The notes under the pieces are model-generated. The model did no database searches, was not told where the DNA came from, and saw nothing but the letters and a program-made list of their open reading frames with translations. This document shows, one piece after another, positions 1 through 12,349 of a DNA stretch of 64,000 bases. The DNA comes from Sphyrna mokarran (Eukaryota), in assembly GCA_024679065.1 (NCBI GenBank), contig JAGIQG010000009.1, forward strand, positions 93,062,001 to 93,126,000, given 5' to 3'. Position numbers and translations under genes: made by a program. Numbering within the stretch: position 1 is the stretch's first letter; each line of letters begins with the position of its first letter.

Positions 1-59
1 CGGGAAATTAAGAAAATGAAAGACAGAGAAACAAAATACAAAGAGGCCGGTTGATTTCA

Positions 60-770
60 TTTTAAGTTGATTTAACTTAATTTATTATTGCTACACCTAT
101 TAGCATATAGCGAAAGGTATTGTTATTTGTGTGTGATACAGACAAAACATACCGTCCATAGAGAAGGAAATGAGACCGTGCAGAATGTAGTTTTACAGTC
201 ATAGCTTGGGTCTAGAGAATGATCAACTTAATGCGAGATAGGTCCATTCAGAAGTCTGATGGCAAAAACCGTTCTTGAATCAGTTGATATGTGACCTCAG
301 ACTTTTCATATTTTTACCCGACGAAAGAAAGTGAAAGAGATTATTTCCATATGCGTGGGATCATTAATTATATTGGTACTTTGCCGAGGCAACATGAAGT
401 GTGAACAGAATCAATGCATGGGAGGATAACTTGTGTGATGGATTGGGCAACATTCGCAATGTTTTATTTTAATTTCTTGCAAGAACCACACCAAGCTGTG
501 GTACAGCCAGAAAGAATATTTTCTTTGTGCATCTGTAAAAGTTGGTGATAATCGTAGTTAACATGCTAAATTTCTTCAGACTTCTGAGAAAGCCTGAAAA
601 GTTGGCTGGCTTCCTTAACTGCAATTTCCGCGTGGGTGGACGAGGACAGGCTGTTGGTGATCTGGACACTTGAAAAAAAAACTGAACATTACGACCATTT
701 CTACTTCGTTCCCGTTGACGTAGACAGGGACAAGCTCTCTGCTACGCTTTCTGAAGTCGATGACAATTGA
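60..770 (-). mobile_element. Rex1/Babar-type LINE, 3' fragment, decayed
   Basis: Minus-strand peptides FLRSLKKFSM..TNFYRCT and PVYVNGNEVEMV match the Rex1/Babar RT C-terminus; A-rich (taaat-like) tail near 60-90. Confidence 0.75.
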
Positions 771-1356
771 TTTGCGAGAATTGAGGGATAAACAGTGGGA
801 TAAAGTGGATAAATAGCGAGACATTTGCCGTGATTCTAACAGTCGAGGCAGGTCGAAAGAAATGGGACAGGATATAGAAATACGAAAATAAATCAATAAA
901 CATAGAAAGACAGATAATTGTTGAGATTGAACGAGGCAGGAAACAATGGAATTGATGTATGATTTTTCTCGTGCTGTCAGTGCTTCGGCCGTGCTATTAC
1001 TCTACCATGCTTCTTTGTTTTTTTTTCTCTCTCTCTGCGTTTAGCTCTCTCTTACTCACCAATGAATTGACCTTTCCCATGCTGGTCACAGGTTATGTGT
1101 CGTTAATGTGTCGGCTACTCAGTATCTCTCTGGAGAGTCCAATTCAATTCTGGTGTCGCCACATTTAAAAAAACATTTCAAGTATTAGTGCAACACCTGG
1201 CTCAACATGCCTTAGTGTATTATTTTATCAGGAACAGACTTAAGAATATGTCAGACTTATTTTGTGCGAATATAACATATAGTAAATATATCATAGGGAG
1301 CATCCCAAATGAGAGAGGTAAAGAGATTCAGTTCAATTTCTTGCAAAGATTCAATG

Positions 1357-2267
1357 TTATTTCTTTGATTTAACTAATCCAACGAATAGATTAAGCGGAT
1401 ATTTCACGACGTTCTTGAACTCCTCTCTAAACTTGTTCTGGCTCACAGCGTAAATGCATGTGTTCGTGCATGAACTGAGCAGCTGTAACATAGCTGCGGT
1501 GCGTTCTGTGATCAATCGTGGGTCACTCATGGAATAGTAGTAGCGAACATCTGCCATGCGTCGGTAAATATTATATGCAACCTGCGTTAACCATAACAAT
1601 ATGAAACTGCTAGAGATGCTGAAGAGCAGACCAATGGACTTCTTACGATTCTCTATCTCTGGATCCTTGCGATTTTCACCATTCACGCCGCTTGTCAGGA
1701 CTCTGCGTATTTTACTGGCAGCTAAAATACTCCTGGTAGTCAAAGCATTGAATAGTAAAATGAGGAAAAATGGAAGCAAAGGTGTTAAAATGCGGTGAAA
1801 CAGTTCAAACGCAGTCCAGGCAAAGGAAGTAAAGAAGTTCGGTATAAGGACACAAGACCAAGGAACATTGTCAATTATTTGCTTTGATTCGTATATAAAA
1901 TACCAGGGGACGCACTCTAAGAAGCTCAGCACACTCACTGTTGCGAGAACAAGGGTCGCTGTTTGTTCAGTGCAATATTTTGCTTTCAACTTCTTACAAC
2001 AAATGGCAACGAATCGATCAAACGTGAACGCAACTGTGAACCAAACAGAAATCACAGTTGTTGCGAATCTCAGAAATGTTGTGAGACAACAGACCGGAGT
2101 AATGTGCAGGAATGTACCTTTGAGAAATACCCTACGTATATGTGTCAATATAGGGTCAGTAATAATGACCAGGAGATCTGCCACTGCCATTCCAACCAGA
2201 TAGCGATTGATACATTTGGAGAGACCACATAGCTCTCGGGACAGGATCACAATGGTGATCAAATTAA
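1357..2267 (-). CDS. GPR139/GPR142-like class A GPCR, paralog A, coding exon 2 (mid-TM1 to C-terminus)
   Basis: Open frame with TM helices and motifs MAVADLL, PVC, FTFDRF (DRY variant), ECL2 Cys and SSCTNTCIY (NPxxY variant). Preceded by the polypyrimidine acceptor ttttcttctctttcttccag (AG at 2269-2268), phase 1. Confidence 0.93.
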
Positions 2268-2479
2268 CTGGAAGAAAGAGAAGAAAAATCAGAAAACGAA
2301 ACCAGCATATTTAGAACCAAACATTCCAGGATGTCGAATGAGACTTCCAAATTTCTTGCAGCATCATTAGTTTGAATAGAATTCAACATATGTATTGACT
2401 TGCAAAGCACTTCCTGGTTTGGAAATGTCTCCAAAGGAATTATCAATCATAAATTTTGTAACTGAAAGCATTAACAAGT

Positions 2480-4450
2480 AAATAGCTGGCAACATGCCAT
2501 CAGGAATGGCGAAGAGGTTTTATGAAATATTTATCTAAATTAAAAATGGTATGAACTACGAGCAGGATTATGCAATCTCTTAAACCTATGTCGCCAATTA
2601 ATACGATAATAGTTGTTATCTCGGTTTTCATTCAACTTAAATGTCCACTCGCCATAACCCTTCATGTCGACACAAAAATCAGTCCACCTCCTCTTTGAAT
2701 GTATTCAAAGTCCTGGCATCCACCATACACTGACGTAGTGAATTTCCTATACTTATGATCCTTTGGGACAAGTAATTTCTCCTCATTGCGATTTTAAATC
2801 TGCTATTCCTTTTTTTCTAAACTAATGACCTCATGCTCTAAGTTACCCACCAAGAAGAATCATTCCCTCCATATCTACGTTGTCAATCCCCCTTATCAAT
2901 CTGTGCACTTCAATCAGAACTCCATTCAGTCTTTTCAATTCCATGGAGTATAGGCCTAAACCTTCCAACCGTTCTTGGTAAACCGAATCCATCATCTCTG
3001 GAAGCAATCTAATGAATCTGCTCTAAAGCCCTTTCAATGCACTGATATCCCTACTCAAATAAGCGAACCAAACTGTAAACAATATTCTACATGTCATCTC
3101 ACTAATTCTTAGTACAATTGCAAAAATGCTTCATTCATTTATGTTCTATTCCTTTCAGAATAAATGTGTAAATTCGATTTATTTTCCTTTTTACTTGCTG
3201 TATCTGCATTAATTTTCTGTGAGTCGTTCACAAGAATACCCAGATCCCTCTGCAACAAAGCACTAGGACATATCTTCCCAGTTAGGTAAGAAACATTTGA
3301 AATGTGCATACCAAATGAGTAACCTCACACACGATTTGCCAAATGTTGTTCCATTTACTAAACCTATCCATACCATTTGTAAAATTCTTCTTTAATTACC
3401 ACAACTTAGCATCCCAACTATTTAACGGTCACCTGCAATTTGGCTGTGGTGCTTACTTTCCCTCCATCCAAATCACTCATATAGATTTTAACTGGATGCG
3501 GCCCAAAGATCTGACCCAGTGACACTTCACGAGCCAAATCTTATTAACTCGAACAAAGCTCATTATTCTGAATCTTTGTTTTCTGGTGATTAGCCAATCC
3601 TCAATAACGGTTAATACTTGACCGCTAAACACGAGTGAACAAACTTTGTGCATTAACGTTTTTTTGTGACACCTTACCGAATGTCTGTGGAAAAGCTGAT
3701 ACCTATTTCTACATGATCGCCATTATCCATCTTACTTGTTAGATCTTCGAAGAATTGAAGCAAAACAATCAAACATAATTCTTAAAAAACATTCTGACTA
3801 CTGTGGATTGAATTTTGGAATTCGAAATTGTCTTCCTTTATGTTGGATTTTGATGTTTCAACATATGTTAAACAAATTCGCCTGTAGATTGTAGCATTTT
3901 CCCTCTCTCCACTTTTGCATGAGACCATTATATTAGCATAATTTTTATATCTACTGGAACTATTTCAACTTTGTAATATTGTAAACAATGGATACACTAT
4001 CTCTGATTCAATTTCCCGCAAAGCCCTAGAATGTAGGCCATCGGACACTGGGGACTTCCTTGCCTTCAATTCCAATAGATTGCACAGTGTTTTTTTTTCT
4101 CTCGATTGACGATGGAACTTCCAAGTTCCTCCCTTTCTATAACCTTTGCATGTTCTATTATTGTTACGATGTTACTCGTGTGTTCCACAGTGTAAGCTGA
4201 CGAAAAATATTATTCAATCTCTCAGCCACTTCTGCATTCCCCACTATTACATCCCCGCCTCATCTGCAATTGGACTCACTTTTACTTTAAATATTTACTT
4301 CCTTGTTTATAACCTGATGCTGTCCGTTTGCTTTTATTTTACACTAGTTTTCTTTCCTGATTTGCTTTGTTGTTTTTTACTACTTTTCAGAGTCCCTAAA
4401 ATTTTCACAATCATCTACTCAGCCACTGGCCTTTGCAATACCTTATGCCT
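2480..4450 (-). mobile_element. Old, highly decayed CR1 LINE (RT region and 3' end)
   Basis: Resembles the antisense CR1 3' end and RT region. The paralogous copy gives peptides ERFGLYSMELRRLSGVLI and KSPGSGG..LREIKPEILYPLFTILQNS. Confidence 0.7.
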
Positions 4451-4559
4451 TTCGTCTTTAAATATTCTTGATTTCTTTGCTGAGACATGGAATGACTTCT
4501 CTGTCTGTCTCTCTCTCTCTCTCTTACACGCTCTTCCTCTCGCTCGTTGAACAACACTT

Positions 4560-6850
4560 GGAGGAAAAAAAACTGAAGATAGCATTGGGGCAAAATATGC
4601 TTTGGTTGTGGGTTTCAATGTTCAACTCAGTTCAGTAGCAAAACTAGTCGTGTCCTCAAGAATGTAACGAATTAACTGGGTCTACTGTAGTTGGTGAGGA
4701 AACCAACAAGAAGGATAAATATACTTGATATCATACTTACCACTCTGGCGGTTGCAGATGCATCGGCGAATGATAGTAATGGTTAGAGTGACCACCGCAC
4801 AGGCGTCGTGAAGATGAAGCCTCGCTTCTCAAAGAGAATAACCACTAGTGTTTTGCGGTACTTTCGCCGTTTTAAATGGGGAAACAAACGGGAACAAATC
4901 TAAGAACCCAAGATCGGGCAACCACGAGGCACTGTTGTCTATCAACAGCAGCAGAACTTATTCGAGTGCAATACGGAACACCATGGCTCGGCTTAACCTT
5001 CCTTCAACCATTACTATCACGACCGAGCTTCAAACGCGTTTCAATGGAGAGTGCAGGAGTGCATGCCAGGTGCAGCATCAGGCATGTTTTTTTTAGAAAA
5101 GATATTAACCTGTTAAAGCTTTAAAACAGCATTACTGGCGTCCCAACAGCTTAAAGGTAAAACGGCTGTGATATCACTACCACTGGACCAGAGCCAAGAT
5201 CTGCAGTCCTGCCACACCCAGCCATGAATGACAATGCAGAATTAAACAGGTTCCTGGAGGAGAAGCGCCGCAAACATCTCTACCTTCGTTGATGAACGCA
5301 TCAGTACAAAATACGCTGACACGTTAGCTGTATGCGCACCCAGAAGGGGATCACCAATCTCTGTCTCGCTCACTGATACCCAGAAACACAATTGCGAGTC
5401 TCCAGACAATTCGATTCACTCTACGTGATATCAAGAAAAAGTTGGGGGCAGGAGATATGCAAATTCAACGGGCCCTGATACACGCCAAAAATAGTGCGGC
5501 GGATATGTTACGGAACTGCCCGCTGCCCTAGCCAAGCTCGTCGAGCACGCTAACAACACTGGCATCTAGCTGAATGTACGAAAATGAGTGCAGGTATCTC
5601 CTATACATAAAAAAGAAGAACAAATGCAGCCCAGCGAATTACCACACTATCAGTCTACTCTCAATCATCAGTAAAGTTATGGAAGAAGTCATCATCAACA
5701 GTGTTACCAGGCAGCACCTGTTCAGCATTACCATAGTTAGTGACCCTCTACTTGTGTTTTACCAAGTTCACACAGCTTCCGATTTTATTACATTTGTGGT
5801 TCCAACATGGACACAAGAGTTGGCTTGCAAAGATGTTGTAAGAGTCACGACCCTTGATACCAAGACTGCTTTCGACCTTCTGTGATATCAAAAAGCCCGA
5901 GAGAAGCTGGAATCAATGGGTTAAACAATCTTTGGTTGGATTCATACCTGGCATAAAAAAAGAAAATTGTGGTTGTGGGAAGAGCAGTTGTCAAAACTCC
6001 AGGAAATCTTTGGAGGAACCCCTCAGGTGTAGTCTCCAAAGCCTAGCCATCTTCTGCTGACTTGTCAATCAAATTTTCATCATCATAAGGTTAGAAGTAT
6101 AGATGTTCATTGTTATTCGTTATTCCTCAGGTACTAAAGCAATCAATGTTCAAATGAAGTAAGATTTGGCAAATATTCAGGCTAGGGCCGATAAGAAGCA
6201 ATCTAAACACCGCCCCTTGACGTTCAATGGAACAACATACAGTGAATCCCCACTGTCATCATCCTTGGGGTTTACATTCAAGAAAAGAACGTCTGGACTC
6301 GTTACTTAAACATAATGGCTAGAAAAGAAGGTCAGAGGCTAAGAATACTGAGATGAGTATCTCATCTCCGTATATGCCAAAGGCTATCCACAATCTAAAA
6401 GGCACGTGTCAGGTGTGTGGTGGAATATTCTCTGCTCAAATTGCGTGTATCGGTGCAGCTCCAACAAAACTCTTAACACAATCCAGGCCAAAGTAGTCCA
6501 CTTGATTTCTACAACATCTACAAACACTCATTCCCTGCAGCAACGATGTTCATTTGCAGCAGCGTCTACCATCTAAAAGATGCACTCTTTCCATCTAGAA
6601 GGACAAGGGCAGCAGATGCATGGGACAAAAAAATCCAGAACTTTTCCTCCAAATCATTCACCATCCTGATAAGAAACATGTCAGCATTCTTCTACAGTCA
6701 CTGGGTCAAATTTCTGGTATTTCCTCACTAAAAGTATTGTGGGTTAGCCCACAGCGCGTGCATCAGCGTTGCAAGAAGGCAGCTCCGCACATTTTCAAAG
6801 ACAATGATGGATGGGCAATCGATGTTGGCCAACCAGCAACGCCACGTCCA
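4560..6850 (+). mobile_element. CR1/L2-group LINE (endonuclease remnant, RT and 3' UTR), decayed
   Basis: PANYHTISLLSIISKVMEEVI...TWTQEL...VRVTTLDTKTAFD matches the non-LTR RT motifs NYRPISLLS..SK and LDI.AAFD; ends near aataaa at ~6855. Confidence 0.8.
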
Positions 6851-6859
6851 ACGAATAAA

Positions 6860-8590
6860 AGTGGTTCTATGTTGGATCCGTCGATCAGGATCGTGGATTT
6901 GCACGTCATCTTGGAACAAGTGGTGGTTGTGGACAATATTTTGGAAGCTCCCAAAACAGAGCGAGTGCTTCATAATCCTTCATAGTTGACAGTGCTTTTG
7001 ACAATGAGATCAAAGAAGACCATGTCCCAAAGTCTCTTCACTGCATTTCTCTCATTGATGCTGCACCCCATCCATTACTGACTGGAATCCGCATTGTGAT
7101 CTGTGAGACCTTTAGTCACATGAAGTCAATAATTAAGGATCATTCCTGCTGTGGTCCCTTCAGCAAACAACAGAAGAAATCAACTGTAACTACTGCAGTC
7201 GGGCCTTTTACCGGAGATGCACAATATTAAGGCCTCCATCAGATCTTGTAACATGTTATCTTCATTCCAGCCAAGTGAGATGAGGCCATGTATTCGTGTC
7301 AGTAGTGTTCGATGCCATGTTTCTGTTGTTCGTTGAAGGTTCCAACAAGACGACTTGTTGTTCTAAAGTTCTTGGGTTGAGGGTGGGTTCTGCTGGAATG
7401 ATGGCGAATAGCATTATGTGGATTGGAGTCGAATGCACTCACATTGAAGACAGACTTACTACTCAGGACGTTGTCCATGTGTTGCCTCCATCAGGCGTTG
7501 ACTTGTGCTTTGTTCTTGGCAGGTATCTTTCTGTAGTCCTCGGGTGCTTCGGTCATAAGTGTTCTTGACATCACTAAATAAACCTTGTTGTTAGCTATGT
7601 GTTGGATGCCTATTCTTTCTCCACATACTTTTTTTTTTGCTGGACTTCAGCCTTTCAGCCATTTGTAGAGCTGATTTCTTACCTCCAAATAGCGAAGCTC
7701 TTCCAGGTTCAGAAAGACCTTATACTTGCATCTCCTTGATCTCACACTCGTAGTCAGCAATTCAGTCTTATTGTAGCGTGATAAAAGCAAAATACTGCTG
7801 ATGCTGCAGTATGAAAGAAAAACAGAAAGTACTGGAAAATTGCAGCAGGTCTGACAGCACGTGCAAGCCAGACTTCGGCCAATGCTTTGTATCAGGACGA
7901 CGCTTCTCCAATTCGACGGAAGGAAATCCGGAATCGAAACTTTGTCTGTCAGACCTACTGAGATTTTCCAGAATTTTCTATTTTTCGCTTGGTATCCAAC
8001 CCAGTAACCAAGGGTCTCTTCACAGATACTGATTTTGGAAGCCTCAAAGGCAGACCAGGCGCTGCACATACTGTGCCTCTGCGTCCTGTCAGATTGGCAA
8101 CGACACTATGGCTGAATACAATATCGTTTCAGGGTTTTTTGAGTGCTGTAGCTTTGAATCCCTGCTGTTTTGCTCCTGTTACTGGCTCTGCTTTGCGGCT
8201 ACATTTATGTTGGACACGGAGGAAATTAGACAATGGCTTGTCCAGCATTCGTTTTCTCTTGTTATGTTGCGGATAACACCTATCTTCCTGTGGCCCTTCG
8301 CTCGAACAATAACGCAACCAAACGTTTGTCATTGCTTGGAGCGGGGATTTTATCACGAGGCTTCGGACTGCCTCCTGACAGGACAAAATATTGCTTATGG
8401 CAACGCCTTGTTCCGGGCATTTCTCAGGATTGGTGTTGGATTTCCCTAGTCCTTCTCTGCATTTTGCACTTCCCATAGATTAATATCCATTTAAATCTCG
8501 CTTGTAGTGTCGAGGAGGATCAGCTTGCGGTTTGTAAGCCAAGAGTTATTTGACGCTGGAGTAAAGTTCCTGATCGATGTTCTTTTATCC
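6860..8590 (-). mobile_element. RTE-clade LINE fragment (endonuclease to RT), decayed, interrupted at ~7780-7995
   Basis: Peptides MVFFDL..STVNYEGL and FGSFQNIV..LFQDDVQ/STILIDGSNIEP. The paralog gives GKSNTNMSLLLRKC and YVIVRAKD..NECWTSHCL. All resemble the RTE ORF. Confidence 0.7.
7780..7995. mobile_element. Short palindromic Penelope-derived element inserted in the RTE fragment
   Basis: Arms aaaacagaaagtactggaaaattgcagcaggtctgacag and ctgtcagacctactgagattttccagaattttctattttt are imperfect inverted repeats. The interior has a degenerate ...gaagg..cgaaac motif. Confidence 0.55.
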
Positions 8591-9400
8591 CATCAGCCCC
8601 CGATCTACATCTGACTCATTTTTGAAAACATAAAATGTTCTGGCATCAAAAAATTTCTGCTGCAATGACTTCTACAGATTACTCCTTAGCTGAAAAAAAA
8701 CACTTCTCCTCACCTCTGTCCTGAAAAGATTACCCCATATCCTGAGGCTCAGTCCTCAGATTCTGGACACACCAGCATCAGGAACATACTTTCTGCATCG
8801 ACTATGTTTGGTTCTGTTAGAATTTTAATGTTTCTATGAGATTCCCCCTCATTCTTTGGAACTCCAAAGGTGAAGAGAGAATTAATGTCTTTGACAGCAA
8901 GAATGCAATTAAACTCTTGTAGCAAAAAGGAGCCCTGGAAAAAAAATGTAGGCAATAAGAATCAAGGAGAAAATCCTTCACTAATTGAATCGTACCTGAC
9001 CCAAAGGAAGATTGTTGCCGTAGTTGTTGCCCTCAGCCCCAGCGCATCAGAGCAGGAATCCATGAGGGAAGTGCCTTGAGCCTAACTATCTTCAATTATT
9101 TTATCATTAACCTTCCTTCCACCTTAACAGGATATTCGCTGATGTTTGTAACAATTCAGAAATCATCTGATACTCAAGAAATCCACGTTGAAATGCAACA
9201 AGAGCTGAACAACGTGCAGATTTTGGGTGATAAATTAGCAAGTAAAAGCCACGCCAGCAAACTGCTTGGACCAGGTTAAGTGGTCCTGGCAGAACTCAAA
9301 CTGAGCGTCAATGTTTAATTCGAAGCAAGTGCGAGATAGATAGTGCTATTGATGACAACTTCCATCAGCCTTCGATGATAGAATAGGCGGATGGGCCTCT
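8590..9400. mobile_element. Mosaic of a CR1 3' fragment (-) and L2-group RT fragments
   Basis: Antisense CR1 3' text (ESHRNIKILTEPNIVDAESMF) followed by sequence similar to the 4560-6850 family. Confidence 0.55.
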
Positions 9401-9645
9401 TAGACTCCATAAATTAGTTTAAAAAAAATATATGCAGTGAGATGGAAAAGGGGATGTGGAGTCAGCAACAAATTCAGTTTGGTAGTCAAGCAGCTGAAGT
9501 GGCTTCGAAAACATAGACAAACATTTTTTTTTCCTAACAGTGATAACCAATCCATGATGTGGAGATGCCGACGTTGGACTGGAGTAAAACAGAAAGAAAT
9601 CCCACAACACCAGTTTAAAGTCCAAACAAGTTTATTTATAGCAAA

Positions 9646-9688
9646 AGCCGCAACTTTTCGGGACAGCCTGTCCCTTCGTCAAGTGGCT
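9646..9688 (-). ncRNA. Minimal type I hammerhead ribozyme motif, degenerate core
   Basis: agccac-TTGACGA-a-gggaca/ggc/tgtccc-GAAA-agtt-gcggct; C3 of the core is mutated. Confidence 0.55.
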
Positions 9689-11416
9689 GGGAGTTCTGAT
9701 CATAAAAAAAGACATAAAGACACAAACTCAATTTACATGCATAATGATTGGAATGTGAGTCTTTAAAGCTAATCAATTCTTAAAGGTACAGGCAACGTGA
9801 GTGGAAAGAGCTTTAAGCACAGGTTAGAGATGTGTAATGTTTCCAGACAGGAAAGTTGGTGAGATTTTGGAAGTCCGGATAAGTTGTGGGTTTACATGCA
9901 TCCAAGATTCTGGTTGAAGCCGTCCTCATATGTGTGGAACTTGGCTATCAGTTTCTGCTCAGCGAGTCTGTGCTCATGTGTCATGAAGACAGGCTTGGAG
10001 AACGCTTACCCGAATGTCAGAGGCTGAATGCCCATGACCGCTGAAGTGTTTGCCAAAACGAAGAGAACAGCCTTGCCTGGTGATTGTCGCCGGTGTATAT
10101 TCATCAGTTGTCGTAACGTCTGCATGGTCTCCCAATGTACCAAGCCTCGGGATATCCTTTCCTGCAGCGTATCAGGTAGACAATGTTGGCCGAGTTGCAA
10201 GAGTATGTATTGTGTACCTGGTTGTGTGGTGTTCTCACATGAGATGATGGCATCCACGTCAATGATCTGGCACATCTTACATAGGTTGCTGTGACAAGGC
10301 TGTGTGATGTCATGGTCATAGTTCTCCTGAAAACTGGGTAGTTTGCTACGAACAATGATCTGTTTGATGTTGTGCGGTTGTTTGAAGGCAAGAAGTGGGG
10401 GTGTGGGGGATGGCCTTGGCAAGATGCTCATCTTCATCAATGAAGTGTTGAGGACTCCAGAGAGATGTCGAAACCTCTCCGCTCTGGAACAGTACTGGAC
10501 GACGAAGAGTACTCTGTCCACTGTGTCCCATGTTTGTCTTCTGAGGAGGTCGATATGTTTCTTGGCTGTGGCGCGTCAGAACGGTCGATCGATGAGTCGA
10601 GCACCATATCCTCTTCTTATGAGGGCACATTTCAGCGCCTGGAGGCGTCTGTTGCGATCCTCCTCATCGGAGCAGATCCTGTGTTGTCCAGAGGCCTTGT
10701 CCAGAGGCCGTGGACTCTTTAGCGTATTTAGGGTGGGAGCTGGAGAAGTGGAGCATTCTGAGGTTATCTGTGGGCTTGCTGTACAGTGAGGTGCTGAGGT
10801 GACCTTTCTTGATGGAGATGCGTGTGTCCAGGAATGTAATCAATTCCGGAGAGTAGTCCATGGCGAATCCATGATATGGAGATGCCGACGTTGGACTGGG
10901 GTAAAACAGAAAAAAATCCCACAACGCTAGTTTAAAGTGCAAACAAGTTTATTTGTAGCAAAAGCCGCAACTTGTCGGGACGTAACTTTTCGTGGGATGT
11001 AACTTTTGATGTCCTCGAATAGTTATTTCAGTAACTGTTCGCCATGAGTCCAAAGAAAGAAATGTCATCGATGTAGCTAGTGTATAGCATCGGTTGAATG
11101 CCCTGTGTGGTGAAGGAAGCTTATCCAAACCTGTGCATGAAAATGTTGGCATATTGAAGTACGAATTTGATCCCCATGACTGTTCATGGGTTCATGTCAC
11201 ACTATTAGTAACCGCCACAACTTGTCTGAACTTGCAAAATATCACTAACATTCCTGTGTGGAAACAATACATATGTCGTTAACGTGAACGTAAAGTTCTC
11301 TCCACTAACATTGTCTGTACCTTTAAGAATTAATTAGCTGTGAAAACTCACATTCCAAACATTGTGCATGTAAATTGAGTTTTTGTCTCTGTGTCCTTTT
11401 TATGATCAGAACTCCC

Positions 11417-11459
11417 AGCCACATGACGAAAGGACAGGCTGTCCCGAAAGCTTGCGGAT
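11417..11459 (+). ncRNA. Minimal type I hammerhead ribozyme motif, degenerate core
   Basis: agccac-ATGACGA-aaggacaggctgtccc-GAAA-gctt-gcggat; C3 mutated, palindromic AGCT helix III retained. Confidence 0.55.
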
Positions 11460-11920
11460 TTTGCCACAAATAAACCTGTTTGGAATTTAAACTGGTTTTA
11501 TGAGTTTTCTTTTTGTCATAACCAATCCATACAGTGACTTCCGAAACAAACTGAAGTAAGGCTAATGAGGAAGATCACTGCACGGTTCTGTCTCAAACCG
11601 ATGGCAATCTCATTATTAATTTAAAAAAACACTCAAAAAGTACAGTCCAGCACAATATGGACCTTGTGATATGTCCTGGTGATGTTATGTTTGCCCATAG
11701 CCCAATAAGTACAGAACATACGGCATGCAGCATAATGGAGTAACAACAGCAGGAATGGCTCAACAATATCCAATTCAGAAATAATATATCGTCTACAATA
11801 GCAAATGGCGACGTAATAAGTAAATTCAGTAACCCAATGGATAGAGATGAAGAATAAAACGTAGAGAGGGTTATAGCACCAATTACAAGGGAATAGTTAA
11901 CATCAAACTTAGCGACTTAC

Positions 11921-11990
11921 CAGGAATTCCAATGGCTGCTAGAAAAATAGAGTAAATATCTTCTATCAGATATAGAGTTGGATATCCCAT
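11921..11990 (-). CDS. GPCR paralog A, coding exon 1 (MGYPTLYLIEDIYSIFLAAIGIP)
   Basis: ATG at 11990; 70 nt ending CCT G|gtaagt (canonical donor, phase 1). Splices in frame to TT AAT TTG of exon 2, giving GIPVNL in TM1. Confidence 0.92.
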
Positions 11991-12049
11991 TTCTTTGTGA
12001 GAAGCAGTGACGTGTATTTGACTTTGACCAGAGCTCTGGCAGGAAATCT

Positions 12050-12084
12050 GAAGTGATGTATTCTATTTCGTCCCGATATATAAA
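12050..12084 (-). promoter_or_regulatory. Candidate TATA box + initiator for GPCR paralog A
   Basis: Minus strand TTTATATA ~28 nt upstream of Inr-like TCACTTC and ~65 nt upstream of the ATG; conserved in copy 2. Confidence 0.55.
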
Positions 12085-12349
12085 TGTGATTGCCTCTACT
12101 GATACCGTTATACACTTTGCCGTTTTATTATATACAATCACATAAATAAACACATTACGTCAACAGCTTTGACCTGGATGTAAGTAATGGATGGAAAAAT
12201 ACAAGGATATTTCAAAATCATTACGTGCCCCTTGGGAGTCCAACTGAGTGTTGCATTCAGCACAACAAATCCCACAAGATTGAACTCCATTACTTACATT
12301 GTTTAGCGAATTGTTGAAATGTATAACACCCTCAGTTCTGCTGAATAAA

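Larger units (their letters stand above)
9556..11517 (-). mobile_element. Penelope-like element (GIY-YIG + RT C-terminus) with inverted pseudo-LTRs and a 13-bp TSD
   Basis: YSCNSANIVYLIRCRKGYPEAWYIG (GIY-YIG) and ITFLDTRISIKKGHLSTSLYSKPTD..LHFSSSHP (PLE RT thumb). ~9590-9825 is an inverted repeat of ~11285-11510. ataaccaatccat flanks both ends (9543-9555, 11518-11530). Confidence 0.88.
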
